A stretch of DNA of 64,000 nucleotides from Candidatus Rifleibacteriota bacterium (GTDB lineage Bacteria; Muiribacteriota; Ozemobacteria; Ozemobacterales; Ozemobacteraceae). The position numbers and the translations under genes were made by a program. The DNA lies in NCBI GenBank assembly GCA_051747585.1, contig JBNJGH010000005.1, positions 4,037 to 68,036 on the forward strand, in the 5' to 3' direction. The notes beneath the pieces are model-generated. The model worked only from the letters and a program-made list of their open reading frames with translations. It was not told the DNA's origin and made no database searches. Positions 37,752-47,936 of this stretch are shown one piece after another. How positions within the stretch are numbered: position 1 is the first letter of the stretch; each line of letters begins with the position of its first letter.

Positions 37752-39680
37752 ATGACCCCGATTAGAAAAGTTATATTTTTGCTTACAGATGTTATCTGTG
37801 TTTCATTTTCGCTGGTAGCTGCAATCTGGCTCAAGTTTGAAAAGCTGGATCCACAGCATATTCAATATCTTTTAATGATGATCCCTCTTTTGGTCCCTGT
37901 CTGTATTATCAGTTTCTGGACCATGGGATTGTACAACCGCACTTTACGATTCACTTCTATTCCCGACATGGTAGCGGTTTTTACTGCGGTTACCGGTTGT
38001 TCGATGCTGAAGTTAATTTCGGTATATTTTCTCGAAAGCTTTCCATTTCTCAGCTCAGTTTTTATAATTGACTGGATGCTGAGCTTGATCTTAATTGGCT
38101 CAAGTCGAATAGCACCAAGAATTTTACTTAATATGGCCGAATTGTCGCCCGTAAAAAACTGGTTGTTCAATAAAAGTCATCAAAAAACCAAAAGAGTTCT
38201 TATAGTAGGTGCCGGCCAGGGTGGCGAAAGCGTAGTGCGAGAAATTAAACGCAATTTCAATCTTCCCATAAATATAGTCGGTCTTGTGGATGACGACCCA
38301 AGAAAAGGCGGGCAAATAATTCACGGCTGCCCGGTTCTGGGCAGCTGTGAAAAAATCACAGAAATTGTAAACAGATACCAGGTCGATGAAATAATTATTG
38401 CTATTCCGTCTGCATCAGGAATAGAGCTGAGAAAAATAGTAGAACTCTGCCAGAGCAGTAAGGTCAGGTTTAAAACACTTCCCGGTCTTCAAGACCTTAT
38501 CGGCGGCAAACTTGTTGGTTTGCAACTGCGCGACATTGCAATCGAAGATCTTTTAAGAAGACCGCCGGCTGAAATAAACCTTGCAGAAATAGCAGCCTAC
38601 ATTACCGGAAAAACCGTTCTGGTAACGGGCGCAGGCGGGAGTATCGGCAGCGAAATATGCCGTCAGATTCTGCCTTTTCAGCCCTCGATACTTCTTTTAC
38701 TTGGACATGGTGAAAACAGCATTTATTCAAGTCAGCAAAGACTTTTACAAAACCCTGAGCTTGGCAACACACTTCTAATTCCACTGATAGCAGACATACA
38801 GGATTTTGCCAAGATCAGCCAGATTTTTAAGGCTCACTCTCCCGAGATAGTATTTCATGCTGCTGCTCATAAACATGTGCCAATGATGGAGCTCAATCCC
38901 GAAGAAGCAATAAAAAACAATGTCCAGGGAACCCGCAATTTGGTAGAAGCGGCGCATAACAGCAAAGTAGAGAGATTTGTCATGATTTCCACCGACAAAG
39001 CTGTTAATCCGACGTCTGTTATGGGTGCAACCAAAAGAATTGCCGAAAAAATTCTTAAGGGTTATGCCAAAAGAAGCTCAACCAGGTTTGTTGCAGTAAG
39101 GTTCGGCAATGTTCTGGGAAGTCGCGGAAGCGTAATACCTCTTTTTAAACGCCAGATAGAAAATGGTGGCCCGATTACAATCACTCACCCCAAAATGATT
39201 CGCTATTTCATGACAATCCCGGAGGCAAGCAAACTTGTCATTCAGGCAGGAGCCTATGGAAAAGGTGGCGAAGTTTTTGTTCTAGACATGGGCGATCCGG
39301 TTAGAATTGTCGATCTTGCCGAAGACCTTATAAGACTTTCGGGTCTTGAGACAGGGCGAGATATAGAAATAAAATTTACCGGCATAAGACCGGGAGAAAA
39401 GCTTTTCGAAGAACTGTTAACTGCTTCAGAGGGCATCACAGCAACGCGTAACAGCAAAATTTTTATTGCCAGACCGGAAGAAGTAGATGAAGCCGATCTG
39501 GGTAAGCTGGTCGACAAGCTCTTACAAGCTGCTCGCGAAGGCAAGCAAAACCGAATTATTAAAAATATTCAAACTATAGTTCCTTCATTTTCTCCAAATC
39601 GCGACATGATTCACAGTGGCCGCAAAGAAATTGAAGGTAGAGAGAAGCAAGCGCCCCGCTTAAGAGTTATACAGAAATAA
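37752..39680 (+). CDS. Membrane-bound UDP-sugar 4,6-dehydratase, CapD/WbpM/PglF family
   Basis: Four N-terminal TM helices are followed by two Rossmann regions (VLIVGAGQGGES… and VLVTGAGGSIGSEICRQIL), the YxxxK region and the typical CapD C-terminus. Length is 642 aa. Confidence 0.9.
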   Translation: MTPIRKVIFLLTDVICVSFSLVAAIWLKFEKLDPQHIQYLLMMIPLLVPVCIISFWTMGLYNRTLRFTSIPDMVAVFTAVTGCSMLKLISVYFLESFPFLSSVFIIDWMLSLILIGSSRIAPRILLNMAELSPVKNWLFNKSHQKTKRVLIVGAGQGGESVVREIKRNFNLPINIVGLVDDDPRKGGQIIHGCPVLGSCEKITEIVNRYQVDEIIIAIPSASGIELRKIVELCQSSKVRFKTLPGLQDLIGGKLVGLQLRDIAIEDLLRRPPAEINLAEIAAYITGKTVLVTGAGGSIGSEICRQILPFQPSILLLLGHGENSIYSSQQRLLQNPELGNTLLIPLIADIQDFAKISQIFKAHSPEIVFHAAAHKHVPMMELNPEEAIKNNVQGTRNLVEAAHNSKVERFVMISTDKAVNPTSVMGATKRIAEKILKGYAKRSSTRFVAVRFGNVLGSRGSVIPLFKRQIENGGPITITHPKMIRYFMTIPEASKLVIQAGAYGKGGEVFVLDMGDPVRIVDLAEDLIRLSGLETGRDIEIKFTGIRPGEKLFEELLTASEGITATRNSKIFIARPEEVDEADLGKLVDKLLQAAREGKQNRIIKNIQTIVPSFSPNRDMIHSGRKEIEGREKQAPRLRVIQK

Positions 39681-39686
39681 AATTAT

Positions 39687-41498
39687 TTACTCTTCTTTTT
39701 TATCATCATCTGTAGAAACAGGCGGATATGGCTGCGAAGAAGGCTTATCAGATCCTTTTGTTGGTATTACCGGTGGATATGGCTGGCTCTCGAGTTTTCC
39801 CTTTTCTTGTTTCTTTTTCTCGTTAGCGTCCGGGAGATCCTTAGCTGCCATCGGTGGATAAGGCTGACTTTCGAGCTCGCCTTTGATGCCTTCAGTTGGG
39901 TCAGCACCCTCGGTTGCATCATCTTTTAAGACCATATCATCGGTATCTTCAACTTTTTCAAAGTATTGAAACAGTTTTTTATCGAAGGCTCGTAAAAATG
40001 CTTCGACACAAACTGGATCGAACTGCTTGCCTGAAAACTTTTTAAGTTCACCTATTGCAGTTTTTACGGTTAAACCCTTTCGGTAGGGGCGATTAGTGGT
40101 CATAGCATCAAAAGCATCTGCAACACAGATTATTCGGCCATGCAGCGGAATGTTTTCAGCGGTGAGATGATCAGGGTATCCGCGCCCATCATAATATTCA
40201 TGGTGATGCAAGACTCCTGGAATTTTGTCGGCAAGAAAATCAACCGGCCGCAAAATCTTTGCGCCAATAGCCGGATGCTTTTTAATTATTGCATATTCTT
40301 CATCTGTAAGCCGACCGGGTTTTCTTATAATACTGTCTTTGATGCCGATCTTACCCACATCATGCAGTAAACCGGCATATCTTACATTTTCTATTTCTTT
40401 CTGAGGCAAATTGAGTTCTTCGGCAATTGATACCGAATACTGGGTCACCCGGCGCGAATGCCCCTGCGTATATGGATCTTTTGCATCGATAGCAGTGGCA
40501 AGCACTTCAATTGTAGAGAGATATACTTTTTGAATATTTTCATAAAGCCGGGCATTCTCGATGGCTGAAACAGCTTGATTGGCAACATTTTCGAGCATTT
40601 CAACATCATGCTCGTTAAAAGGAATGTCGCCCGTTCTATTTAAAACCTGTAAAACACCAATGACCTTGTCTTTAAGTCTCATTGGGACACAAATCATAGA
40701 TCTGGTAACAAAACCGGATTTTTTGTCGGCACCCTTGAAAAATCTAGGATCTTTGTCGGTATCAGGAACCATTACGGTCTTGTCATTCTGGGCACACCAA
40801 CCTGCCAGGCCGGTGCCCATCGGCAGTCTGATTTCCTGGAGTTTTGCGCCAACATCGGGATCACCCTGAACCAGATGAAAATAAAGTTCGTTGGTTTGCT
40901 CGTCTATCAGATAAACCGTAGAGGTCTCGCACCTCATAACCTTGGTTGCGGTTTTCATGATTTTGGTAAGCAGTTCTTTCAGGTCAAGAGTTGAGCTTAC
41001 AACTCGTCCGACCTCCAGCAAAGCTGCCATTTCTTCCATTTGCAGCTTAACCAGTTCTACTTCGAGGAAAGTACTGATAGAGTCGGTTGCCAGAGTGCGA
41101 AACTCATTCAGAGCACCACTGTCATCGAGCGGAATATCTCTTAAGATCATGAGCCCAAAAGGATCGTCACTTATACCCACTGGTATAACAAGACATTTTA
41201 TACCAGTCTCACAAATGTGGGTTTCGGCTTGGAGCTGACTTTTTTCAAGTTTTTTTCGGGTGAATTCTTCACAGAAAAAGTTCAATGAATCCTCAGAGAA
41301 CCCATCGTTAAAGCGAATTCTAGACATCTGAGCCGAAGTATCATAAAAAATCAGGCCAAAACCACGGCGCCCGAATATTTCGGCAGCTGCGTCGCTTAAA
41401 ACAGCTAATATGTTATCAGTATTCTTGCCGCTGGCAAGAATACTCTTCTGCGCATCAAATAAAAGCTGCTGATATGATTTTTTTATGCTTTCAGCCAC
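39687..41498 (-). CDS. GAF-domain HD-GYP c-di-GMP phosphodiesterase with repetitive QPYPP C-terminal tail
   Basis: The HD motif LLHDVGK is present, along with HHEYYDGRGYP (the HD-GYP signature) and upstream GAF-like domains. The C-terminus carries 3 copies of (E)SQPYPP in a Lys/Glu-rich tail. Confidence 0.85.
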   Translation of the reverse strand: MAESIKKSYQQLLFDAQKSILASGKNTDNILAVLSDAAAEIFGRRGFGLIFYDTSAQMSRIRFNDGFSEDSLNFFCEEFTRKKLEKSQLQAETHICETGIKCLVIPVGISDDPFGLMILRDIPLDDSGALNEFRTLATDSISTFLEVELVKLQMEEMAALLEVGRVVSSTLDLKELLTKIMKTATKVMRCETSTVYLIDEQTNELYFHLVQGDPDVGAKLQEIRLPMGTGLAGWCAQNDKTVMVPDTDKDPRFFKGADKKSGFVTRSMICVPMRLKDKVIGVLQVLNRTGDIPFNEHDVEMLENVANQAVSAIENARLYENIQKVYLSTIEVLATAIDAKDPYTQGHSRRVTQYSVSIAEELNLPQKEIENVRYAGLLHDVGKIGIKDSIIRKPGRLTDEEYAIIKKHPAIGAKILRPVDFLADKIPGVLHHHEYYDGRGYPDHLTAENIPLHGRIICVADAFDAMTTNRPYRKGLTVKTAIGELKKFSGKQFDPVCVEAFLRAFDKKLFQYFEKVEDTDDMVLKDDATEGADPTEGIKGELESQPYPPMAAKDLPDANEKKKQEKGKLESQPYPPVIPTKGSDKPSSQPYPPVSTDDDKKEE

Positions 41499-41548
41499 CC
41501 GGCAGCTGTCTCCTTAATACAACGATATTTTCAGTGAAATTTCTGAGT

Positions 41549-42340
41549 TTATAATTCAATTCTATTTCTGTATGCTTTGCTGATTCTTGAGTTCTGGTAG
41601 TAAAACATAGCATAGTCTGCTACAACCGGTGAATTATCAGGAAACATTGAAACTGGACTTCTTTCAATGTGCTTTTTCCACCAGGTTTGTGGCGAAACAC
41701 CAGCAATAGAATCTTTTGATGCCACCATGCCCACATCTGCCAGAAAAGCATTTCCATCTGGGGTTACATTAATATCTGCAGTTTGATAATTCAAACCGGT
41801 ACCGGCAACCACAACTGAAAATCCACAGTTCGAGTATTTCCAGGCAATAGCTTTTTTATAGTCAGGATCTGAACCGTTCATACTTATAAATACGGGATAA
41901 CTATCATTTTTGTTGCTTATAAAATCATCCAGTATTTCATGGGGCTGGTTAACCAGACTTTTATTGCTCTGGTCAGTAAGGCTAATCAACCATAGACAGT
42001 CTTCTCCCATTGTTATAAGCTTCTTTCCAAACCCGGGCACTCCCGGACTGAGATTTATCGGTCGCAGCAATGGCAGATCACTTTGCTCGAGCACTCGTCG
42101 TCCCGAGTTTCTGGCAACAGCCTGTTCACCAAGAAATATCAACTCAATTCCACTGTCAAAGATCAATTCAACTTGTTTCCCAAGCCTTGGAGCAGAAGCG
42201 AAAAGGCCATTAGCATTACAAACAACCATACTTTCCGCGCCTGCTTCGGCTTTTACTGCAGTAACAAGCGCTTTGAACTGCTGATAAGGCAATTCGTGCA
42301 TTACTACTCCAATAAAGACTATGGCAAACATAAGCTTCAC
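41549..42340 (-). CDS. YmdB-family (TIGR00282-like) metallophosphoesterase homolog with substituted active-site residues (probable pseudoenzyme)
   Basis: 263 aa. It is collinear with B. subtilis YmdB: LPLLRPINLSPGVPGFGKKLITMGEDCLWLISLTDQ vs PNLVRPANFPEGTPGKGITYVKANGKELAVINLQGR, and VVVAGTGLNYQTADINVTPDGNAFLADVGM vs [29 protein letters not shown]. The metal-ligand motifs are replaced: GDVVG→IGVVM, NGEN→NANG, GNHTWD→GEQAVA, DFHAE→SMNGS and GTHTH→GTGLN. Confidence 0.6.
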   Translation of the reverse strand: MKLMFAIVFIGVVMHELPYQQFKALVTAVKAEAGAESMVVCNANGLFASAPRLGKQVELIFDSGIELIFLGEQAVARNSGRRVLEQSDLPLLRPINLSPGVPGFGKKLITMGEDCLWLISLTDQSNKSLVNQPHEILDDFISNKNDSYPVFISMNGSDPDYKKAIAWKYSNCGFSVVVAGTGLNYQTADINVTPDGNAFLADVGMVASKDSIAGVSPQTWWKKHIERSPVSMFPDNSPVVADYAMFYYQNSRISKAYRNRIEL

Positions 42341-42396
42341 TATTGTATCATATACCTTGGGCTACCACAACAAAAACAGCTTTTTAAAATGCTGGA

Positions 42397-43908
42397 TCAA
42401 AAATGCATCAGCCAGCTGAAATTAAAGCTTTTTTCGGAAATATTATTTCCGTTAAAATTTTCAAAGTTTTCGGAGTTTTCCTGATATGCCACTTCAAGAC
42501 TGTGGTTAAGCGATAATCGTTTTTCAATACCTGCTCTCCAGGAAGTTCTTATAAATGATGCAAGATACAGATTTTCGAAATTATTATAGTCGGCATCCAC
42601 ATATTCACTTCGCAATTTAAACTTAATCTGGTCGGTAATATTGTAATGCCAGCCCCCACTTAAGCTTATCTCATCTTCGTCACTGTAAAAAGAACGATTT
42701 TGATCGAATCTTCGGCGCAAAGCCTGTGCATTTACAAATAACCAGGAAGAATCGGCATAAAAGCTTCCGCTGTATTTTAGTATATTGGTTCGATGGTTTT
42801 CGTTAGAAAAATTATTGTTATCTACAAGTTCGTCAGTAAAGCAAAAAGTCTGCTGCAGATTTTCATTTGTGTACCAGGTTGCAGAAAGACTAAGTATATT
42901 GGCATAGTGGTCAAACAAAAAGTTAACCCTTGATTCATTTTTCCAGTCTTTTTTCTGATAATAATTATTCAGCCTGAAAACCATATTATCTGCCAACTCA
43001 TAAGAGGCCTCAAGTCCTATTCCGCCCCCACTTGACCTGTTATCGAGATTGCCGCGCTCCTGAGCATGAGCATCCGCGTATAAGCGAAGAAACAGATCTC
43101 CCCGGGCTTTTATTTTCTGATACTTTGCTCCCGGATCAGTATCATGAGGATTTCTTGTCCAATCGGTATAATAATCAACCGCCTTACGTGCCGACAAACC
43201 ATTTGGAAAGTTTTCAAAATAGCTACGATCGCCGCGAGCAGAGGCGGCAACAGGAACAAACCTGGTTTTACCACCAATGTAGCCTGCCACTTCAAATCCA
43301 ACTGTCCCCTGTTTGTAGTCGGCAACAGGATCAAACTCATATTCTCTTTCTTCATAAGCACCAGTCACGGCAAGGATAGCTTTCTGGGAAAACTCGTGGC
43401 AAAACAGTCCGGCGGCTTTATTTGACCGAATCTGCCATTCCTTGAATTCAGCAACATCGTAGTAATTATTGAAGTAATCCAGTTGAAAAAAATCGTGATC
43501 TCCGGCAGCTATGCCATAGGTTACGTTAAGCTCATGATCCAGCTCTTTGAGCTTTCTGCCGTTTTTGGCTCTGGAGTAATAATCTTCTTCATTGTAATGA
43601 ATCAAGCCCAGGGTTTCTTTGATATCAAGAAACTGGGTTTCATTTAAATCACCCCTTACCGCAAAAAACATATCGCTATTGGTATTGAGAAACGACTTGT
43701 CATATTGTTTTGCTACAAACCGGGGTTCCGAAGCGTTGTTATCGTATAACAGTTCATTAAAATCTTTTCTGGTGCTGTCGAAGGTATTTTGAGAATTAAA
43801 TTCAAAATCAAGATAAAAGCTATCATCGGCAGCAAAGATAGAATCCGCAGGCATGACGACCCACAAAACTAGCATTAAAGCTGTCAGACACGATTTAATT
43901 CTATTCAT
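42397..43908 (-). CDS. Outer-membrane beta-barrel protein (hypothetical)
   Basis: Preferred start is the ATG at 43908, giving MNRIKSCLTALMLVLWVVMPADSIFA as a signal peptide. The ORF track begins at the TTG at 44001. The protein is rich in Y/F/N/D alternating strands and ends in …WLMHF, a C-terminal Phe typical of OMPs. Confidence 0.6.
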   Translation of the reverse strand: MNRIKSCLTALMLVLWVVMPADSIFAADDSFYLDFEFNSQNTFDSTRKDFNELLYDNNASEPRFVAKQYDKSFLNTNSDMFFAVRGDLNETQFLDIKETLGLIHYNEEDYYSRAKNGRKLKELDHELNVTYGIAAGDHDFFQLDYFNNYYDVAEFKEWQIRSNKAAGLFCHEFSQKAILAVTGAYEEREYEFDPVADYKQGTVGFEVAGYIGGKTRFVPVAASARGDRSYFENFPNGLSARKAVDYYTDWTRNPHDTDPGAKYQKIKARGDLFLRLYADAHAQERGNLDNRSSGGGIGLEASYELADNMVFRLNNYYQKKDWKNESRVNFLFDHYANILSLSATWYTNENLQQTFCFTDELVDNNNFSNENHRTNILKYSGSFYADSSWLFVNAQALRRRFDQNRSFYSDEDEISLSGGWHYNITDQIKFKLRSEYVDADYNNFENLYLASFIRTSWRAGIEKRLSLNHSLEVAYQENSENFENFNGNNISEKSFNFSWLMHF

Positions 43909-44086
43909 CTTAAAATTTTTCCAAATATTTTGTCCTGTATCCAGCGTTCTTTTCGGCATAATTCGCAAATCAATGAATATATTTTCTTGAGCAAATTCCA
44001 ATAATTTTCAACGACAACCTTCAACAAACTCAAAATTTTGGCTGGTTGAAAAAGAAATGATAAAATTGTATTTTAGCGGCTAAATT

Positions 44087-45562
44087 ATGAACGGAAGATC
44101 AGACAAAACTTTATTACTTACCCAGTCCCGCAGTCTTACGGTTAGTGAATGCGGAGACAGGTTTATTATTGAAGAATTACCCGAATGGCTTGCCGACAAC
44201 ATTGGATTAAACAAAAATCAGCTCATTGGCCAATCCGTATCAGAGCGCCTCGGCAACCATCTGCCCGGCCTGACAGAGCTTTTACAAAACACTCGCGAAG
44301 CAGAAAAGTCAATAAAAGGTTACAAAATCAGTTTTGATGATCGGCACGGATACGAGCATAAACTTTTGCTTGATACGAGCATAAAATCAGAAAAAGAAGG
44401 GAACCAGATAAAAGTTATAATTCAGGAAATGCCTGATGAATATTTAACGGCAGATTCTCTTGCCAAAGCCAGATTTTTTGGCTTGATCGGCAGATCGAAA
44501 TCAATGCAGAAAGTTTTCAACAAAATAAGAATGTATTCAGTTTCCGATGCTCCAGTATTGATTTCGGGAGAGACAGGAGCAGGGAAAGAAGGGGTTGCTC
44601 AAGCTATTCACAATTTATCAAACAGAAGTAATGCCCCTTTTATTACCATGAATTGCAGTGCTATAACAGAAACCCTGTTTGAATCAGAACTTTTCGGGCA
44701 CGAAAAGGGGTCTTTTACCGGTGCAATAAGATCTCACAGGGGCCGCTTCGAGCGGGCAAACAATGGGACTCTGTTCCTCGACGAAATTGGCGACCTGCCT
44801 TCCGCCTCCCAGGCTAAGCTGCTTAGAGTTCTAGAAACCTCCCAAGTTGAAAAAGTTGGCGCTGAAAAATCTGTAAAAGTTAATGTCAGGGTTGTGGCTG
44901 CAACCAACAGAAATCTGGAAAAAGACGCCCTCGAAAACAATTTCAGGCCTGACCTTTTTTATCGTATAAATGCATTGCAGATAAAGGTCCCTGCGCTAAG
45001 AGAAAGACCCGATGACATTGAACCGCTCATACAGCACTTTATAAATTTACTCAATAAAAAATATAACCGCTCGGTAGTCTGTCTTACCCGTGAAGCCATA
45101 CAGCTTCTTAAACAATATCGCTGGCCGGGCAACATCAGAGAGCTTAAAAACCTTATGGAGCGACTTTTTGCTGAAAACCAGACCGATGTAATAGGCCTGC
45201 GGTCTTTAAAAGAATGGTATCACGAACGCCAGGCTTTTGCTCAGCAGACTAACGCAGAAAATAAAACAAATTACAATGATGTGACCATCCTTCCATACAA
45301 AGAGGCAATACCCCTCGGGCTTGATTCCGATGATTTGAAAAATGCCGTACCCGCTGAATTTTCAGTGCCTTATAATAACAACATCAATTCAAACTTTCCT
45401 CGAAACGGAACGAAACAAAGTTTGTCCCCTGAAGATCTTAAAAAAGCATATCAAATTGCGGCGGGTAATATAACCAGAGCCTCGGAAATACTTGGAATTC
45501 ACAAAGCGACCTTTTACCGATACCTAAAGAATTTCAGCTTGAGTCGGGAAGATCTTAAATAA
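44087..45562 (+). CDS. Sigma-54-dependent transcriptional activator (non-receiver N-terminal sensor domain + AAA+ + Fis-type HTH)
   Basis: The Walker A is ISGETGAGKE. The sigma-54 contact motif GAFTGA appears as SFTGA in ESELFGHEKGSFTGA. The arginine finger and a C-terminal HTH (ATFYRYLK) are present. There is no Asp receiver domain. Confidence 0.9.
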   Translation: MNGRSDKTLLLTQSRSLTVSECGDRFIIEELPEWLADNIGLNKNQLIGQSVSERLGNHLPGLTELLQNTREAEKSIKGYKISFDDRHGYEHKLLLDTSIKSEKEGNQIKVIIQEMPDEYLTADSLAKARFFGLIGRSKSMQKVFNKIRMYSVSDAPVLISGETGAGKEGVAQAIHNLSNRSNAPFITMNCSAITETLFESELFGHEKGSFTGAIRSHRGRFERANNGTLFLDEIGDLPSASQAKLLRVLETSQVEKVGAEKSVKVNVRVVAATNRNLEKDALENNFRPDLFYRINALQIKVPALRERPDDIEPLIQHFINLLNKKYNRSVVCLTREAIQLLKQYRWPGNIRELKNLMERLFAENQTDVIGLRSLKEWYHERQAFAQQTNAENKTNYNDVTILPYKEAIPLGLDSDDLKNAVPAEFSVPYNNNINSNFPRNGTKQSLSPEDLKKAYQIAAGNITRASEILGIHKATFYRYLKNFSLSREDLK

Positions 45563-45585
45563 AAATCAGATTTCGAGCAACCGGC

Positions 45586-47886
45586 TTATTTTGTCTTTTC
45601 GGGTTCATTAGGAGTTTCAACCCGATTTCTGCCATTTTCTTTGGCTACATAAAGCGCATCATCGGCAAGTTTAATCATTTCAAGGGCAGTATCTGCCTTA
45701 TGAACAGGCAATGAGCTTACTCCAATGCTTATTGTTACCTTTAATTCATGTTCAGGCCCTTCAAAACCTGCAACTTCGACCTTTTCCCGCAATCTTTCGG
45801 CAAAAAGGATTGCACCTTCAAGATCCGTTTCGGGAAGAATTACGGCAAATTCCTCCCCGCCGTATCTGGCCGCAACATCTGTGTCGCGCACGCATGAACT
45901 AACTATTTTGGCAACCTCTCGCAGCACCATATCTCCTATTTGATGGCCCCAGGTATCATTGAATTTTTTGAAATGGTCTATATCTGTCATTAAATATGAC
46001 AAATCCTTCTCGTATCGTTTGGCACGCCTGAATTCTTCTTCCATTTTCGCCTGAAAATGGCGGTGAACGATTAAACCGGTTAAACCATCTATAGTTGCAA
46101 GATTGAAAAGCCGCGCTTTTTCTATAACCACCGCGGCCTGATTTGCCATGGTCAGCGCTGTCTGCAAGTCTTCTCCGGCAAAGCGGCCATCTTTAGAATT
46201 TACAATATTCATTACCCCTATAGCGCTTTCTTTTATTATAAGCGGGACACAAATAAGTGATCTGATATTCCCTGCGGCACTGTCTTTGTTCGCAAAGCCT
46301 TTTTCTTTTCTAACATTATGAATAAGCCTGGGCTCTCCACTGTTAAAAACTTCGCCGGCTATACCCGAACCGGTTTTAAACTGTTTTCTTAAACCCGGGT
46401 CAATTTCTGCACCATCAACTCCATAAATTGTAGCCGTTTCAACCAGCTCTTCATATTTGGTATCCAGCAGAAAAATTGAACCTCGGCTTGCATTTAAAAC
46501 TTGCACCGCTCGGCTCAATATGGCTTCGAGAGTTTTATCGAGACTTCCCATAAAGTTTACGGCCTGGCTTATCTCACTGATTATCGCAAGCTCTCTAACT
46601 TTGCGCGCCAGTTCGTAATTCTTTTCTCTTAAAGATATAAACTGCTGAATCAGCCTGGTTAAGCTCCATTGGATCGGTATAAGTAAAACCAATGGAACAA
46701 CTTCGATAACCAGATCAAAGTTAAAAGAAATAACCCCTAACAGTAGCCACAAAGGCGCAACAGCCAGACAAATAATATTAGCAAAGAAACCATGCTTGAG
46801 CCACATAAAATAGCCCAGCGAAAGACCGGCCAAAAGCAGCAACAGAATATTTGTTTCGACCGTGATTCTTTGTAAAAATCTACGATTGAGAATATTGTGA
46901 AGCAAATTTGCATGTATTTCTACGCCAGCAAGAGCTCCAAATGGGCAGAACTTAACATCTTCAGATGTACCCATTGCCCGAGTGCCAATTATGACCAGAC
47001 GATTATCAAAAAAGCCTTCAGGAAATTTTTTTGCCAGAACTTCAGCATAAGAAATCTCATCAAAAAGTCTGGTTCCACCAGCATAATTGAGCATATAAGA
47101 TTTTACTTTTTTTCCACGGGCCGGCTCATAACATTCATAATAGGGCAAAAATCTGTCACCCACTCCCAAACCGTTCTTTTTAACTACGGGTTTAATTCCG
47201 AGATAATCTGAAGCAGCAGCAACACCAAAAATAAAAGATGTTTCATCACCTAACCGCTGATTCAAAAGCAATTTACGAATAACACCGTCTGTATTGAGGG
47301 TCTTATACTCGAGATTAATATAACCTTCAATTGAAAGATCGCCACGAAATTGCGGTATTGGCCTGTCAGCCACATACCTTTCCTTCATCTCAAAAGTTTC
47401 CGGATCCAGCACAGTTTGCTTTCTGATCGTTTGCGGCAAGACAATACGACCAAAGCGCTCAATAACCTTTCGAAAGGCTTCGTCATCGTGAGGCCCCTGA
47501 ACAGACGGATCGCTGAGCATTATATCAAAGGCGACAGTTTTAGCTCCGGCTTTTCTCAAAGTTTCGAGTAACCTGCCATGCACAGCTCTGGGCCAGGGCC
47601 AGGGGCCCAGTTCCGTCAAGCATTCATCAGTAATGCTTATCAACACAATATCGTGATTCCGAGAAAGTTCGCCACGTTGCCTGAATCGGAAATCAATCGT
47701 TTCATTTTCCAGATCCATAAAAAGACCAAAATAAAAAGCCAGAGAAAAAGCCAGAGCAATCCCGAGGCCCAGAAAAATTTCCCATAGTGGAATAAATGGC
47801 TTTGGCGATTTTGAAGTTATATCAAGAATTTCTTTAGAATTTATAATGTCTATTGCTTTGCTGGCTTTTAGTTTATTTTGACTCAT
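45586..47886 (-). CDS. CHASE2-sensor / GAF / GGDEF diguanylate cyclase
   Basis: An N-terminal TM and a large extracytoplasmic CHASE2-like region are followed by three TM helices, a GAF domain and a GGDEF domain with intact RYGGEEF. Confidence 0.85.
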   Translation of the reverse strand: MSQNKLKASKAIDIINSKEILDITSKSPKPFIPLWEIFLGLGIALAFSLAFYFGLFMDLENETIDFRFRQRGELSRNHDIVLISITDECLTELGPWPWPRAVHGRLLETLRKAGAKTVAFDIMLSDPSVQGPHDDEAFRKVIERFGRIVLPQTIRKQTVLDPETFEMKERYVADRPIPQFRGDLSIEGYINLEYKTLNTDGVIRKLLLNQRLGDETSFIFGVAAASDYLGIKPVVKKNGLGVGDRFLPYYECYEPARGKKVKSYMLNYAGGTRLFDEISYAEVLAKKFPEGFFDNRLVIIGTRAMGTSEDVKFCPFGALAGVEIHANLLHNILNRRFLQRITVETNILLLLLAGLSLGYFMWLKHGFFANIICLAVAPLWLLLGVISFNFDLVIEVVPLVLLIPIQWSLTRLIQQFISLREKNYELARKVRELAIISEISQAVNFMGSLDKTLEAILSRAVQVLNASRGSIFLLDTKYEELVETATIYGVDGAEIDPGLRKQFKTGSGIAGEVFNSGEPRLIHNVRKEKGFANKDSAAGNIRSLICVPLIIKESAIGVMNIVNSKDGRFAGEDLQTALTMANQAAVVIEKARLFNLATIDGLTGLIVHRHFQAKMEEEFRRAKRYEKDLSYLMTDIDHFKKFNDTWGHQIGDMVLREVAKIVSSCVRDTDVAARYGGEEFAVILPETDLEGAILFAERLREKVEVAGFEGPEHELKVTISIGVSSLPVHKADTALEMIKLADDALYVAKENGRNRVETPNEPEKTK

Positions 47887-47936
47887 CTGATCTTATTTTT
47901 TGTCTCCTGGTATGGCTATCAGGTTTTAAATGTAAT

